DNA of 64,000 nt from Promethearchaeota archaeon (lineage in GTDB: Archaea > Asgardarchaeota > Lokiarchaeia > Sigyniarchaeales > SOKP01). Of this stretch, positions 20,011-29,929 are shown piece after piece. The stretch covers positions 1 to 64,000 of the forward strand of contig JBHLOY010000011.1 in the NCBI GenBank assembly GCA_048939995.1, read 5' to 3'. Under the pieces are notes generated by a model, which saw only the letters and a program-made list of their open reading frames with translations, was not told the DNA's origin and searched no databases. Position 1 is the first letter of the stretch; the number at the start of each line of letters is the position of its first letter. A program made the translations under genes and the position numbers.

Positions 20011-21768
20011 ATGTCAAATAAAATTGGAGAGGAAGATGGATTAAGACAAAAGGTATGGAAAATCATCAATTTAATACAAGCAAATCAAATATTTGTACAT
20101 TCTAAGCATCTCGAAATCAAATATGCTGATGAAGAGAGTGAAGAAGTTAAGACTAAAGTTTTACCTGAAATATTATCTCTATGTGTACTAAACGCGTTAG
20201 TACCTAATTCAGCAATGTTATTAATAGGAGGCCATGGAGGAGGTAAAACAACACTAGTAAAGCTTCTAGGTCGAATGTTTACCGGTATGCCACTAACTGA
20301 TATTGAAAATTCTATTGTAAGGGGCCATAGTGAATCGATCTTAACGGTTAACGGCTAACCACAACTTACAGAAGAAAAATTAGTTGGCACGTTAAAGTTA
20401 GGTAAATTAATGCACGACGGGGAAGAGGAGGTTGTCTGGAGACAATTTGTCACAAGCTTCTGGAAAATCATTGATGAGGTTAATAGATTAACCCCTTATT
20501 CCCAAGATATCTTATTGTCACTTCTTGCTGAAGGAACCATTAAATATTATGATGAAATAACCAACATTCAGAAATATTGCCTTTATGCTACTATTAATCC
20601 TCAGGATGTGGGTACATTTGAATTAAGCGAACCTTTCTTAGACAGATATGGGATATCAGCCCCTATTTCGATGCCAAGTAGCTCTGATTTAGAGTTAATT
20701 TTAAAAGGAAAAGATGAAAAATATAGTGGGTGGGACGAATTAATTCAAGTTCCTAGAGTGTTAACAATTGATGAGTTAATGGAAATCTGGTATTATGTCA
20801 ATAGAATACCCTTTCAAAGTGATGTTAATAATTATATTCATGCGATTGTACGAGAATTTACTCTATGTGATCGGATTGATAAAGGAAGTTCAGAAAATCT
20901 CAAGCCAAGTAAGGGATTATGCTCTGGGTGTCATTTTGATACAACACAGAATATTTGTAATAAGATAGATTCCATTTTAAGTGTTAGAGTTGCGAAGGAT
21001 TTACTAAGATATTCTAAAGCTTTAACTTGGTTAATGAGTTTAAGTAAAATTGACGTCAACATTGTAAATACAGTTGCTCCATTTGTAATTTCACATAGGG
21101 TTCTTTATTCTAGTAGGGAACTAGACAAAGCTCCTTATTGGGGCAATAAATACGAATTTTCAAAAGCTAATCTTAGTCAAATCCAAAAAAGGTTTATAAA
21201 TAGAGCGGTTTGTTACGAAATTACAAAAAAGTTTAGAGATGGAATTGGTATACCTGAAGATTTCTCAACTTTAAAAAATTATAAAAAAAATGATTTAATA
21301 GTAAAATATGATTTAATCCCCTTCGTCAATTCTGTTAAAGATAAAAATTACTCCGGTTTAGCTCAAAAAATACTAAGTGCTGCAAAAAAAGGTGACATTA
21401 AACAATTAGCTGATTTGCGAAATTATCTTATTGAAGATATAGATTTTCCAAATCGCGCCTATTTAATAAACTTATGTAACCAAGAGCTTTATAAACAAAC
21501 AGTTACGGATTATGTCTTCAAATATCTACATAAAGATGAGGTATGGGCGGACATTGCTAGTGAATTTCCTAATTTAGATAATCCAATTAAGGACGCTTTA
21601 AGTAGAAGGCAGACGAAGCAGATCAGAACTGAGGATATATTAATAGAAATAAATGTTAGTGGAACAAATGATGATTCTTTAGTTAATATTCAGTTATCTG
21701 GAGGGTCAGAAGCAATAAAATTAAGGACAATTTTAGATAATCTCAGTTATATTCAGAAGGAGGAATAA
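20011..21768 (+). CDS. MoxR-type AAA+ ATPase, spliced: join(20011..20328,20359..21768), 575 aa
   Basis: Walker A GGHGGGKT is in the upstream ORF, and Walker B IIDE plus ATINP are in the downstream ORF in the same frame. Removing the 30-nt BHB intron gives ...VRGH|PQLTEEKLVGTL... Confidence 0.9.
20329..20358 (+). other. BHB-type intron in a protein-coding gene (30 nt, ends in in-frame TAA)
   Basis: Central helix GGCC/GGCT, bulges ATA and AAC, inner helix GTGAATCG/CGGTTAAC, outer G-C pair plus TGTAAG/CTTACA. Confidence 0.88.
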
Positions 21769-21784
21769 GTTAAATATCATTTTT

Positions 21785-23476
21785 ATGGTAGATGGAAAAT
21801 TCGGAAAAAAGGAACAGCAACATTTAATTAAATTTGCAAGAATTGCTTGGAATAGGACTCTTAAAGAATATTATTATCCTCCATTAAATGACCCTCATTT
21901 TGTATTTGATTACACTCGTAAAGAAGGTTTCTATATTGATCCGGAACATAGATGGCAAATAACTATGAATTTAGCAAATATACCTCTATTTACTGAACAG
22001 GAAGAATACATAAACTATTTCCATGCGATCTCTCTTCATGAGGTCTCTCATTATCAAATCATCCCCTATGATGGTTTAATCAATGCTAAATTACTAAAAG
22101 CTGCAATGAAGCATGTAAATGGAAATTTTGCTCCAATTGTTGTCAATCTTTTTGCGGATCTAGTTATTGATACCAAATTATATAAAAAGTTTCCCGAACT
22201 AATATATTGGGAACTGAAACAGACATATAACTATATTCAGAATAATTATAAAGATCATTTCAGTAATTTCTCAAAACTTTTATTCCGTACCTATGAATTA
22301 CTTCTAAATATTCAATTATCTGAAACTAATTCAAATTCCACAATTGATGATCTATCTGAGCAAATTGTTAAGATTACGTTAAAAGATTTTGAAGATGAAA
22401 CAACTTGGGAACAAAAAGTCGAAAAAATCTCAAGTGTTTTAAAAACCCTCATTTTAGATACATTCACCCCTAAAGTAGGAGCCGAATATGATAAAAATTC
22501 TAGAAGTAAATCTCCTAACCAACCACGTACAGGGGTAGAGATACCAGAAGATGTTTTAGAAATAATGGATAACCCGTTGGAGATTAAAAGCTCTGACAAA
22601 CTTAAAGAAACAAGTGAAGATGAATTAAGAAAAAAGGCAGAAATTTTCGCTAGGGAAACTCCATACTCTGAATTCGGTGCACCTGCCACTCAAGCCGGTT
22701 TAGTAGTTGATAAAAATCCTTTAGCAACTTGGTATAGAGGTTTAGCTAAAAATTTAATTGAAATAAAAATTTATGAAGAAAAATTTGGAGGAAAAATGCC
22801 CATATATCCAGAGCTATGGCGAATTGGAGAACCAATTGATCAATTAGATATAATACAAACAGTACTTACGAGCCCAGTAATAATTCCAAATATTACGACA
22901 AGAAAATGGTCTAAAGAAGATGGTTTTGGCTATTTATCTGATAAGCAACTTCCCGATTTATTGTTAGTCATAGATTCTTCGGGGTCTATGAATTGGAATT
23001 ATTCCGCAAAGGATCCCAGAGGACAGTATCATACTGCTTTAATTGCTTCGTTTGCTGCTCTCCATTATGCGATTACTAAAGGTATTAAATTTAGCATAAT
23101 TAATTTCTCGAACAGACCAATTACATGTGATTGGACAAAAAATTATCATAATGCAGAAGAAGTCTTATTAAAATACCAAGGTGGAGGGACTCACTTACCA
23201 GTTGAATCAATAGAGAGACAGTGTGATACATCAGAGCGGAATTCTCTAGTTCTTATTATTACTGATTTTGCGATATATAATTGGGCTGCTGCTAAAAAAA
23301 CTTTAATAAAATTGTCAGAAAATGGGCATAAGATTGTAGGCTTTTTTATTGGATCCTCAAAAATACCCCAAAATCGATTCAAAAATCTCCTTGATAAGGT
23401 TAATTTTTATCCTATAAAGAATGAAAAAAAGTTAATTAATTTAGTAATTGAAGAAGTAAAGAAGTTTTATCAATAA
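21785..23476 (+). CDS. VWA-domain partner of the MoxR ATPase with an N-terminal HExxH metallopeptidase-like domain
   Basis: LHEVSH motif, MIDAS IDSSGS, GGT and IITD motifs. Adjacent to the AAA gene on the same strand. Confidence 0.88.
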   Translation: MVDGKFGKKEQQHLIKFARIAWNRTLKEYYYPPLNDPHFVFDYTRKEGFYIDPEHRWQITMNLANIPLFTEQEEYINYFHAISLHEVSHYQIIPYDGLINAKLLKAAMKHVNGNFAPIVVNLFADLVIDTKLYKKFPELIYWELKQTYNYIQNNYKDHFSNFSKLLFRTYELLLNIQLSETNSNSTIDDLSEQIVKITLKDFEDETTWEQKVEKISSVLKTLILDTFTPKVGAEYDKNSRSKSPNQPRTGVEIPEDVLEIMDNPLEIKSSDKLKETSEDELRKKAEIFARETPYSEFGAPATQAGLVVDKNPLATWYRGLAKNLIEIKIYEEKFGGKMPIYPELWRIGEPIDQLDIIQTVLTSPVIIPNITTRKWSKEDGFGYLSDKQLPDLLLVIDSSGSMNWNYSAKDPRGQYHTALIASFAALHYAITKGIKFSIINFSNRPITCDWTKNYHNAEEVLLKYQGGGTHLPVESIERQCDTSERNSLVLIITDFAIYNWAAAKKTLIKLSENGHKIVGFFIGSSKIPQNRFKNLLDKVNFYPIKNEKKLINLVIEEVKKFYQ

Positions 23477-23610
23477 AAAGGGATAATTATAGCGAGATTC
23501 TAAATTCATAATAATTATCTCATTTTACTTTTAAAGATTAAGCTAAAATAAAAATATATTTATAATTTTAATAAGATTTGCTAAAATAGGAGTATTTCTA
23601 GCTATATTTC

Positions 23611-24210
23611 ATGGATTATGTAAAAATTAATAATAAAAAAGTGTTCATCGATAACAGTCACTTATACCTAGAAAGTTTTAATCTTAGTAAAATAACCCAG
23701 ATAAAACGGTTAAAAAAACATTCAAATTTAACTGAATTATATTTAGAAAAAAATAACTTAGTTAATATTGATGGATTGGATAATCTTATCAATTTACGTA
23801 AACTTCATTTAGAATCAAATTCAATTGTTGAAATCAGTGGGTTAGATTCTCTTAAAAATTTAGAGGAGCTAGAATTAAGCGGAAATAATATTACTAAAAT
23901 TAAGAACTTAGATAAGTGTTTAAATTTAAAGGAACTTTTACTAAACAGAAATAAAATTGAGAAGATAGAGGGATTAGAAAAACTTACGAATCTACAACAT
24001 TTAGATCTAAGTCATAATTTTATTGAAAATATCGATGGAATAAAGAATTTGAAGAATCTTAGGTATTTAAATCTCTCAAATAATCAGATTAATAATATCG
24101 ATAACTTAGTTGATCTAATAAATTTAGAAATTTTAGAGATCGAGGGAAACCATATAAATAATTATGATACTCTTAATCACTTAAGAAATTTAAAAAGATT
24201 TAGAAAATAA
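23611..24210 (+). CDS. Leucine-rich repeat protein (SDS22/internalin-like, 22-aa repeats)
   Basis: Repeated LxxLxxLxLxxNxIxxIxGL, e.g. LEKLTNLQHLDLSHNFIENIDG. Confidence 0.92.
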   Translation: MDYVKINNKKVFIDNSHLYLESFNLSKITQIKRLKKHSNLTELYLEKNNLVNIDGLDNLINLRKLHLESNSIVEISGLDSLKNLEELELSGNNITKIKNLDKCLNLKELLLNRNKIEKIEGLEKLTNLQHLDLSHNFIENIDGIKNLKNLRYLNLSNNQINNIDNLVDLINLEILEIEGNHINNYDTLNHLRNLKRFRK

Positions 24211-24213
24211 GGA

Positions 24214-24528
24214 TTACAATTTATTTTTATTTACTTCTCGAAGATATAATTTCATAAAATATCTCTGACTTTCGCAATACATTAATTTTTGTTTCGGATT
24301 TAAGTGGGCACACTTTTTTAATATAGTTTGAATCTCCTCCAGCAAATTAAAATTGTCATTCTTGTTTTTTTCCTTTAAATCATCAAATTCTGAATTTATC
24401 TCATTTTTAATTTCTGAATCAGTAAATAAATCCTTAAGATTGAGAATTTGATCAGTTTCACCTGTCCTTGTACTCATCATAAAGATTACTTCAAAGATGT
24501 TTAAGATAAATATGTGGATATTTTCCAC
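24214..24528 (-). CDS. Hypothetical protein (real start probably the internal ATG near 24480)
   Basis: ORF only. Confidence 0.5.
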   Translation of the reverse strand: MENIHIFILNIFEVIFMMSTRTGETDQILNLKDLFTDSEIKNEINSEFDDLKEKNKNDNFNLLEEIQTILKKCAHLNPKQKLMYCESQRYFMKLYLREVNKNKL

Positions 24529-24617
24529 GTATATATAAAAAACATTAAGGTTCTTCTATTGAAATTAAGTGATATGCAGGTAATACAGTTCAAGTAAATG
24601 GATTTTAATTGATAAGT

Positions 24618-25262
24618 TTAGAAATTTTTTTCAACCCATTCTTCGAACTTTATTTTTCTTAATTGCTCAGCCCAGATTACTTTTAGGTTTGTTTGTGCGG
24701 GTAATAGCTTCTCATTTTGAAGTTGTTCATATAATTTTTCGATTGCTCTTTCAATCACTATTTCATATACAGGAAAGTTTTCTTTCATATTAGCAAAAGA
24801 ATTTTCAATATCCTTTTTTGATTCTTTAATAACATTTATCCATGCTTTTGAAAATTGAATTACATAGTTATTAATTTCAGCTAAATTGTCTAAATTTAAA
24901 ATAGGGAAAGTTAAATGATACCTATCATTCTTTTTTTCGATTAAATTGTACCATTCTAAATTTAATAGATGATTCTTTAATGTTTCTTCTGTCCATTGAT
25001 AATTTACATGACAATTATACTCTTCTCTACTTATAAGTAACGGAGTTGGTGAAAAATTAACGTTATCAAATAGTTCTTTGAAAGATTTTTCTCCACTTGA
25101 AAGTGAAATCAATATTTCTCTCCTAACACGATTTTCTAAAACCCAAGGTATATCCCCTTCATCCCATGGTTTAAGAGAGGCAAAATCAAACCATGGTTCG
25201 ATCTCATCAATATTTATTTTTCCAACAAACCTATAATTATGATATTTTGTATTTTCTTTCAT
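24618..25262 (-). CDS. Winged-helix-like DNA-binding protein
   Basis: RREILISLSSGEKSFKEL...LKNHLLNLEWYNLIEK, an ArsR-like wHTH pattern. Confidence 0.6.
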   Translation of the reverse strand: MKENTKYHNYRFVGKINIDEIEPWFDFASLKPWDEGDIPWVLENRVRREILISLSSGEKSFKELFDNVNFSPTPLLISREEYNCHVNYQWTEETLKNHLLNLEWYNLIEKKNDRYHLTFPILNLDNLAEINNYVIQFSKAWINVIKESKKDIENSFANMKENFPVYEIVIERAIEKLYEQLQNEKLLPAQTNLKVIWAEQLRKIKFEEWVEKNF

Positions 25263-25289
25263 TATTGAATCCTTTTAGTGATAAATGAA

Positions 25290-25808
25290 TCATAAAGTTT
25301 CTAAGATTTTGGGTATTAACAACCAACCTTTTCTTTCATGAATAATCTTTCCATCTCTATCAATTACGAATTGGCCAGGACCCTGTTGTTCCCATCCTTC
25401 ATATTCTCCATGTTGAAATCCTAGCTTCATAGCCTTTTTGAATTTTTCTCTTACTTGTCCTACTGCTTCAGGAGTCATTACACCTAAACCATATTCCGCA
25501 TATAACTCATCTTTAGTAGAAGGAATAACAGGAAAATTAATATGATATTTATCAATGTACTCTTTAGCAACTTTTTCCCCTGATTGAGTTATATATAACA
25601 ATTTAGCTCCTTTTTCCTTTATTTTAGGATAATATTCCAATAAAATATTTAAATCTAATTGACATATCGGACAGCCGAAGTATCTGGAAAAAATTAACAC
25701 TATTTTTTCTTTTCCCTGTATATTAGCTAAGTCAATTAAACCAGCATTAAACGATTCTATTCTAAATAATGGTGCTTTGTCCCCTAAATTAAGACTTCTA
25801 TTACTCAT
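25290..25808 (-). CDS. Peroxiredoxin-like AhpC/TSA (redoxin) protein
   Basis: LGDKAPLF, FSRYFGCPIC and QFVIDRDGKI motifs. Confidence 0.88.
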   Translation of the reverse strand: MSNRSLNLGDKAPLFRIESFNAGLIDLANIQGKEKIVLIFSRYFGCPICQLDLNILLEYYPKIKEKGAKLLYITQSGEKVAKEYIDKYHINFPVIPSTKDELYAEYGLGVMTPEAVGQVREKFKKAMKLGFQHGEYEGWEQQGPGQFVIDRDGKIIHERKGWLLIPKILETL

Positions 25809-25860
25809 AATTGTTCACTTTTATTTTTTTATTAATTATATTTGAATTAACTTTAATTTT

Positions 25861-26820
25861 TTATTCTTTTAGCATAGCTGTGATTAAAACTTCTGTTGCT
25901 TCATCTTCTGTTAAACCTTTAGCCATAAGTTCATCGAGCCATTTTTGAGGAAATCTGCCAAGAGAGGCTTCATGAGATACACTTGAAGTAGGATCTATTG
26001 CCCTAATAAATGGACGCGCTCTACAGATGGAACCCTTACCTAAAACTATCTCATTACACTCGACATGACCATTACAATATGGAGCATTTCCTTCAGTCAC
26101 ACCATACATTAATACTTCTCCTCCATCTCGGGCTGCTGCTTTCATTTTGATTAAACTACGTGCATTCTCTCCTTCCAAAAATATTGAATCTCTAATTCTG
26201 ATGGAATCTTTTCTATTCCTTCCATAAGCTTTTATCGTTGAACGGATTACACTATTCTTCATAGCATAGATATCTAACATAATTTTCACTATTCCTGGTG
26301 TTCCTTGAGTTAAATTAAAGTTATTCTCAAAGATACTATTTTCTCCAACATACATATAACCTACTGGTGCAACAAATGCACCAGAGTTTTCACCATGATA
26401 ATGAGTCTCACTATAAGTGAAGTTACAATTCTTTCCAATATAGAAATGACCAAACATTTTATGAATAAGCCCATTGGCTCTTGGAAAAGAACAATGAGCC
26501 TGTATCTTAACATCTGTATTATTTTCAGCAATAATTCTTGGAAAGATTTCTTGGACCCCAGTTTCTTTATTTACTCCAAAACATAAATGAATTGGCTCTT
26601 CATGTTTAGTTCCTTCTTTAATTATTACATCAGCTACTATTCCGTTGGCGATTTCATGTCCTTTTAAAATAATTCCATCTACTTGTTCTACACCAGTAAT
26701 TTTATTAAAATTTAAAAGCAGTTTAGCACCTTTTCCATGTCCAGGTATAAAATCTTGAATATCAATATTATAATCTTCAAGACTTTGTAAAATTTCTTTA
26801 GGATAATCGCTAGTATTCAT
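25861..26820 (-). CDS. sufB: SufB/SufD-family Fe-S scaffold (SmsB-like)
   Basis: PIHLCFG, AHCSFP, GHVECNEI, HEASLG and LMAKGLTEDEA motifs. Overlaps the sufC gene. Confidence 0.88.
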   Translation of the reverse strand: MNTSDYPKEILQSLEDYNIDIQDFIPGHGKGAKLLLNFNKITGVEQVDGIILKGHEIANGIVADVIIKEGTKHEEPIHLCFGVNKETGVQEIFPRIIAENNTDVKIQAHCSFPRANGLIHKMFGHFYIGKNCNFTYSETHYHGENSGAFVAPVGYMYVGENSIFENNFNLTQGTPGIVKIMLDIYAMKNSVIRSTIKAYGRNRKDSIRIRDSIFLEGENARSLIKMKAAARDGGEVLMYGVTEGNAPYCNGHVECNEIVLGKGSICRARPFIRAIDPTSSVSHEASLGRFPQKWLDELMAKGLTEDEATEVLITAMLKE

Positions 26821-27620
26821 GATAATCCCTCCTCTTTGAAGATTTTATCGATATATTCGTCATCAAAACATTTTCCACCGTTTTTAAATAGATTTCTTTT
26901 ACACCATTCTTTTAAACCAGCTTTAGCACAATACTTTAGCATAACATTAGGGAATTCATCAGTTAGCAATGCATCTCCTCGCCATAAAAGAGTTCCATAA
27001 TCAGCGACCATCCCAATCTCTTCGCGATGGGTGATAAGTAATATTGTAATATTTAAGGCTTTTATCTTATTGAATATATTTAAAAAATCCTCAACAATTA
27101 TAACATCAAGTCCACTATCTGGTTCATCTAAAATCAGTAATCTTGGCTTCATTGCTATTGCTGCTGCTAATTCAACTCTTTTTCTTTCTCCTCCGCTCAA
27201 TGTTTCATCAATTATTCGATTATAGTAGCGTTCGGGCTCTAAATTTACCATATTAAGCGCTATTGAAATTTGTTCTTTCAAGTTATTCTTATCCTTTATG
27301 CCTAATGAAATATATTTAGAAACCGATAACCCATCTATACGAGCTGGTTCTTGCCAGGTTAAAGTAATACCTAATTTCGCCCGTTCTGTTATACTGCTAT
27401 TTGTGATATCAATTCCATCAAAATATATTTTTCCTTGAGAGAGTTTATATGAATTTAATCCCATTATGGTATATGCTAGTGTTGATTTACCTGAGCCGTT
27501 AGGTCCAATCACGGCATGTATAGATCCCTCTCTTACTCCAAAAGATACATTATTAACGATTACACATTTTTGATCAAAAGTGGGGATTGTAACATTCTCA
27601 AGTTTTAAGAGCGTTTTCAT
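26817..27620 (-). CDS. sufC: SufC-like ABC ATPase (SmsC-like)
   Basis: GPNGSGKSTLAYTIMG, LSGGERKR and ILDEPDSGLD motifs, plus C-terminal Cys residues. Confidence 0.9.
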   Translation of the reverse strand: MKTLLKLENVTIPTFDQKCVIVNNVSFGVREGSIHAVIGPNGSGKSTLAYTIMGLNSYKLSQGKIYFDGIDITNSSITERAKLGITLTWQEPARIDGLSVSKYISLGIKDKNNLKEQISIALNMVNLEPERYYNRIIDETLSGGERKRVELAAAIAMKPRLLILDEPDSGLDVIIVEDFLNIFNKIKALNITILLITHREEIGMVADYGTLLWRGDALLTDEFPNVMLKYCAKAGLKEWCKRNLFKNGGKCFDDEYIDKIFKEEGLS

Positions 27621-27835
27621 ATCTTCTTTGTTTACAAAAGAATAAACATTTCTAATATGTAGTTTATTTATTTATAAAAGATAAAATTTGGTAATTCAAC
27701 GATTAAAAGAAATATAATAGATCAATTTTAATATTATAGGATTAACTAATAAATATAAAAAATAATTTTAGAAATAAACGAAAAACAAAAAAGAGTTGAA
27801 TACTAGCTAAAAAATCTAGAAAAGATGTGATTGCA

Positions 27836-28656
27836 TTGGTAATTAAAGAATATATTTGCGAAATAACTTTCGCAATTCGCGAAGTTTCGTAGAAGGCAAA
27901 AAAAGTAGAATAGTTATAGATGTATCAACTAGGATAAAAGAAGGCTCTACAGCAATATTAGGATTTGCAGGTATCGGTTTGATTGGCCCAATCGTTGCCA
28001 ATACATTAATAGAACAAATTCCGGACATAAAAGAGATTGGTTTTATAACTTCTGAATACTTACCACCTATAAGTGTATTTTATGATGGTGTTTTAAAACA
28101 CCCGTTTAGATTGTATTATTCTCCTCAATATAATATGATTATAGGAATTGCTGAAGTGCCTTTTCAAGTTTCAACAGCATACAATGATCTTAGTAAAACT
28201 ATTAACAATTGGTTGTTATCTGATGATGTTAAAGCAAAAGAAGTGGTAATATTTCAAGGAATTCCACAGAGAGGTATTATTGATGATTATCCTGTGTATT
28301 ATGCTGCTGAAGCAGATATGATTACAAAATTAGAAGGATACGGGCTTACTAAGGTAGAAAAGGGAATCATTGTTGGGCCCGAAGCTACCATTTTAAATGA
28401 AGCTTTAACTAATAAATTGAAAGCTTATAGTCTTTTCACACCTGTTCTGGAAATTCCTACTCCTGAGGCTGCGGCTGCAATAATTGAAGTATTAAATCAA
28501 ATCTATAACTTAAAGATAGAAACTACAAAACTAATTGAAGAAGGCAAAGAAATCAAAGCAAAAATGCTTGAGTTAGCGGAAAAAGCACAACAATTTCAAC
28601 GACAGCAGCAATTACCAGAACAACCAAAAGAAAGATATACTCAATATTTTCAATAA
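27836..28656 (+). CDS. PAC2-family proteasome assembly chaperone, spliced: join(27836..27863,27893..28656), 263 aa
   Basis: GFAGIGLIG, HPFRLY and PTPEAAA PAC2 motifs. A GTGAT SD and TTG at 27836 lie in a different frame that is joined by removing the 29-nt BHB intron (MVIKEYICEKGKKSRIVID...). Confidence 0.85.
27864..27892 (+). other. BHB-type intron in a protein-coding gene (29 nt, ends in in-frame TAG)
   Basis: Central helix GCGA/TCGT, bulges AAT and AGA, inner helix AACTT.CGC/GCGAAGTT, outer helix TTT/AGG. Confidence 0.82.
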
Positions 28657-28792
28657 TTTCTATTTCTTTTTATTTTTTGTATTTTAGGCTCTACTATGTA
28701 ATTCTCTTAAATTTAATAAATCATAAAAGTGAATTTTAAAATTTTTTAATATTTAGTTGAAATATCTTTATAACTATTGAGAATATAGGTAG

Positions 28793-29236
28793 GTTGCTAT
28801 TAAAGAAAGATTTATCCCAGTACAAATCGATCAAGAACTTTGCTTAAGATGCGAAAGATGCTTAAGGGCCTGTAAAGCTAAAGCAATATATTTTGAGCAT
28901 GGTATTAGAAAAGTAAATTATGAAAAATGTAAAGCATGCTTAAATTGTGTGCAAGTGTGCCCTCGAAACGCAATAGAGGTAACTAATGTATTACATCCAG
29001 ACCAAATAGTAAGTATAAAAATTGATCATGAAAAATGTAGTATGTGTGAAACGTGTCTTGATGAAAACGGAAAATTCTGTCCTAAAAATTTGTTTTTTAA
29101 GGGTATTGTTAAAAAAATTGGTAGAGAGGAAGCAGGAATTCGATATAAATTTAAGGAAATTAGAAAATGCCAAGGTTGCTTGAAATGCGAATTATCTTGT
29201 CCAGAAGGAGCAATCCAGCCTGTGAAATTTAAGTAA
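28793..29236 (+). CDS. Polyferredoxin (four 4Fe-4S motifs), non-canonical start (GTT 28793 or ATT 28799)
   Basis: The frame upstream of the called GTG 28949 encodes CLRCERCLRAC and CKACLNC(VQVCP). Downstream are CSMCETC..FCP and CQGCLKCELSCP. In-frame TAG at 28790. Confidence 0.88.
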   Translation, partial: VAIKERFIPVQIDQELCLRCERCLRACKAKAIYFEHGIRKVNYEKCKACLNCVQVCPRNAIEVTNVLHPDQIVSIKIDHEKCSMCETCLDENGKFCPKNLFFKGIVKKIGREEAGIRYKFKEIRKCQGCLKCELSCPEGAIQPVKFK

Positions 29237-29241
29237 AATAT

Positions 29242-29796
29242 TCACCCTTTTCCGGTAATCTTATTGAGAATAATCTTTTTGATATCGGCAAATTCAGAGA
29301 TCATATGAATACCCTCAAGATTCTTCAATCTTTTTATATTTTCAATCTCGATATCTCTAATTCTAAGAATTAAAGGGCTCCCATCTGGTCTTGAAGTGAT
29401 AATAGGCTCCAAATCTTGATCAGAAGGAAAAACATGTACCTTTACCCCACCCTTTATAGCTTGAGCAACACAATTCGTTATTAAGGTATCCGCAATTCCA
29501 TAAACTATTTTTGCCACACTATTTGCTGATACGGGGCACACTAAAAACATATCATACTTACCAAGTTGTAAAGGCCCTGCATAAAAAGGAATATTAGCAG
29601 TTTTCTCTACTTTTGGCTTTTCTACTACATTTATTAAATCTAACCATAATTTATACCATTTTACAACTGCAGCCCCTTCTTTTGAGAGAATCACAGTAAG
29701 GTTTACATCATAATTTTCTTGAAGGTCTTTCATTAATTCAATTGATTCCTTTAAAACATAGCCAGTTCCCGTAATACCCCACATCAATTTAAACAA
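29242..29796 (-). CDS. Archaeal flavoprotein (AfpA/DmrX-like, HFCD superfamily)
   Basis: WGITGTG and PVSANSVAKIVYGIADTLITN motifs. Confidence 0.82.
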   Translation of the reverse strand: MFKLMWGITGTGYVLKESIELMKDLQENYDVNLTVILSKEGAAVVKWYKLWLDLINVVEKPKVEKTANIPFYAGPLQLGKYDMFLVCPVSANSVAKIVYGIADTLITNCVAQAIKGGVKVHVFPSDQDLEPIITSRPDGSPLILRIRDIEIENIKRLKNLEGIHMISEFADIKKIILNKITGKG

Positions 29797-29929
29797 AACT
29801 AATTCATCTCTTTCTAAATTATTAAAATTATATTGATGTAAAAATTAATATAATATAAAAATTCTAATCAAAAGAATTATTAACCAAATTTTGATTCTAA
29901 TACAAATATTAATTTAAATTGATATAATA

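Noticed and set aside
20011-20358. Treating 20011..20358 and 20410..21768 as two genes, a pseudogene, or a stop-readthrough case
   Set aside because: The stop is TAA (not a Sec or Pyl codon) and lies in a 30-nt insert whose ends coincide with BHB cleavage sites. An intron is the more parsimonious explanation.
27856-27894. ORF-track N-terminus MRNNFRNSRSFVE of the PAC2 gene
   Set aside because: It has no evident SD and is read through the predicted intron. The SD-supported start is TTG 27836.
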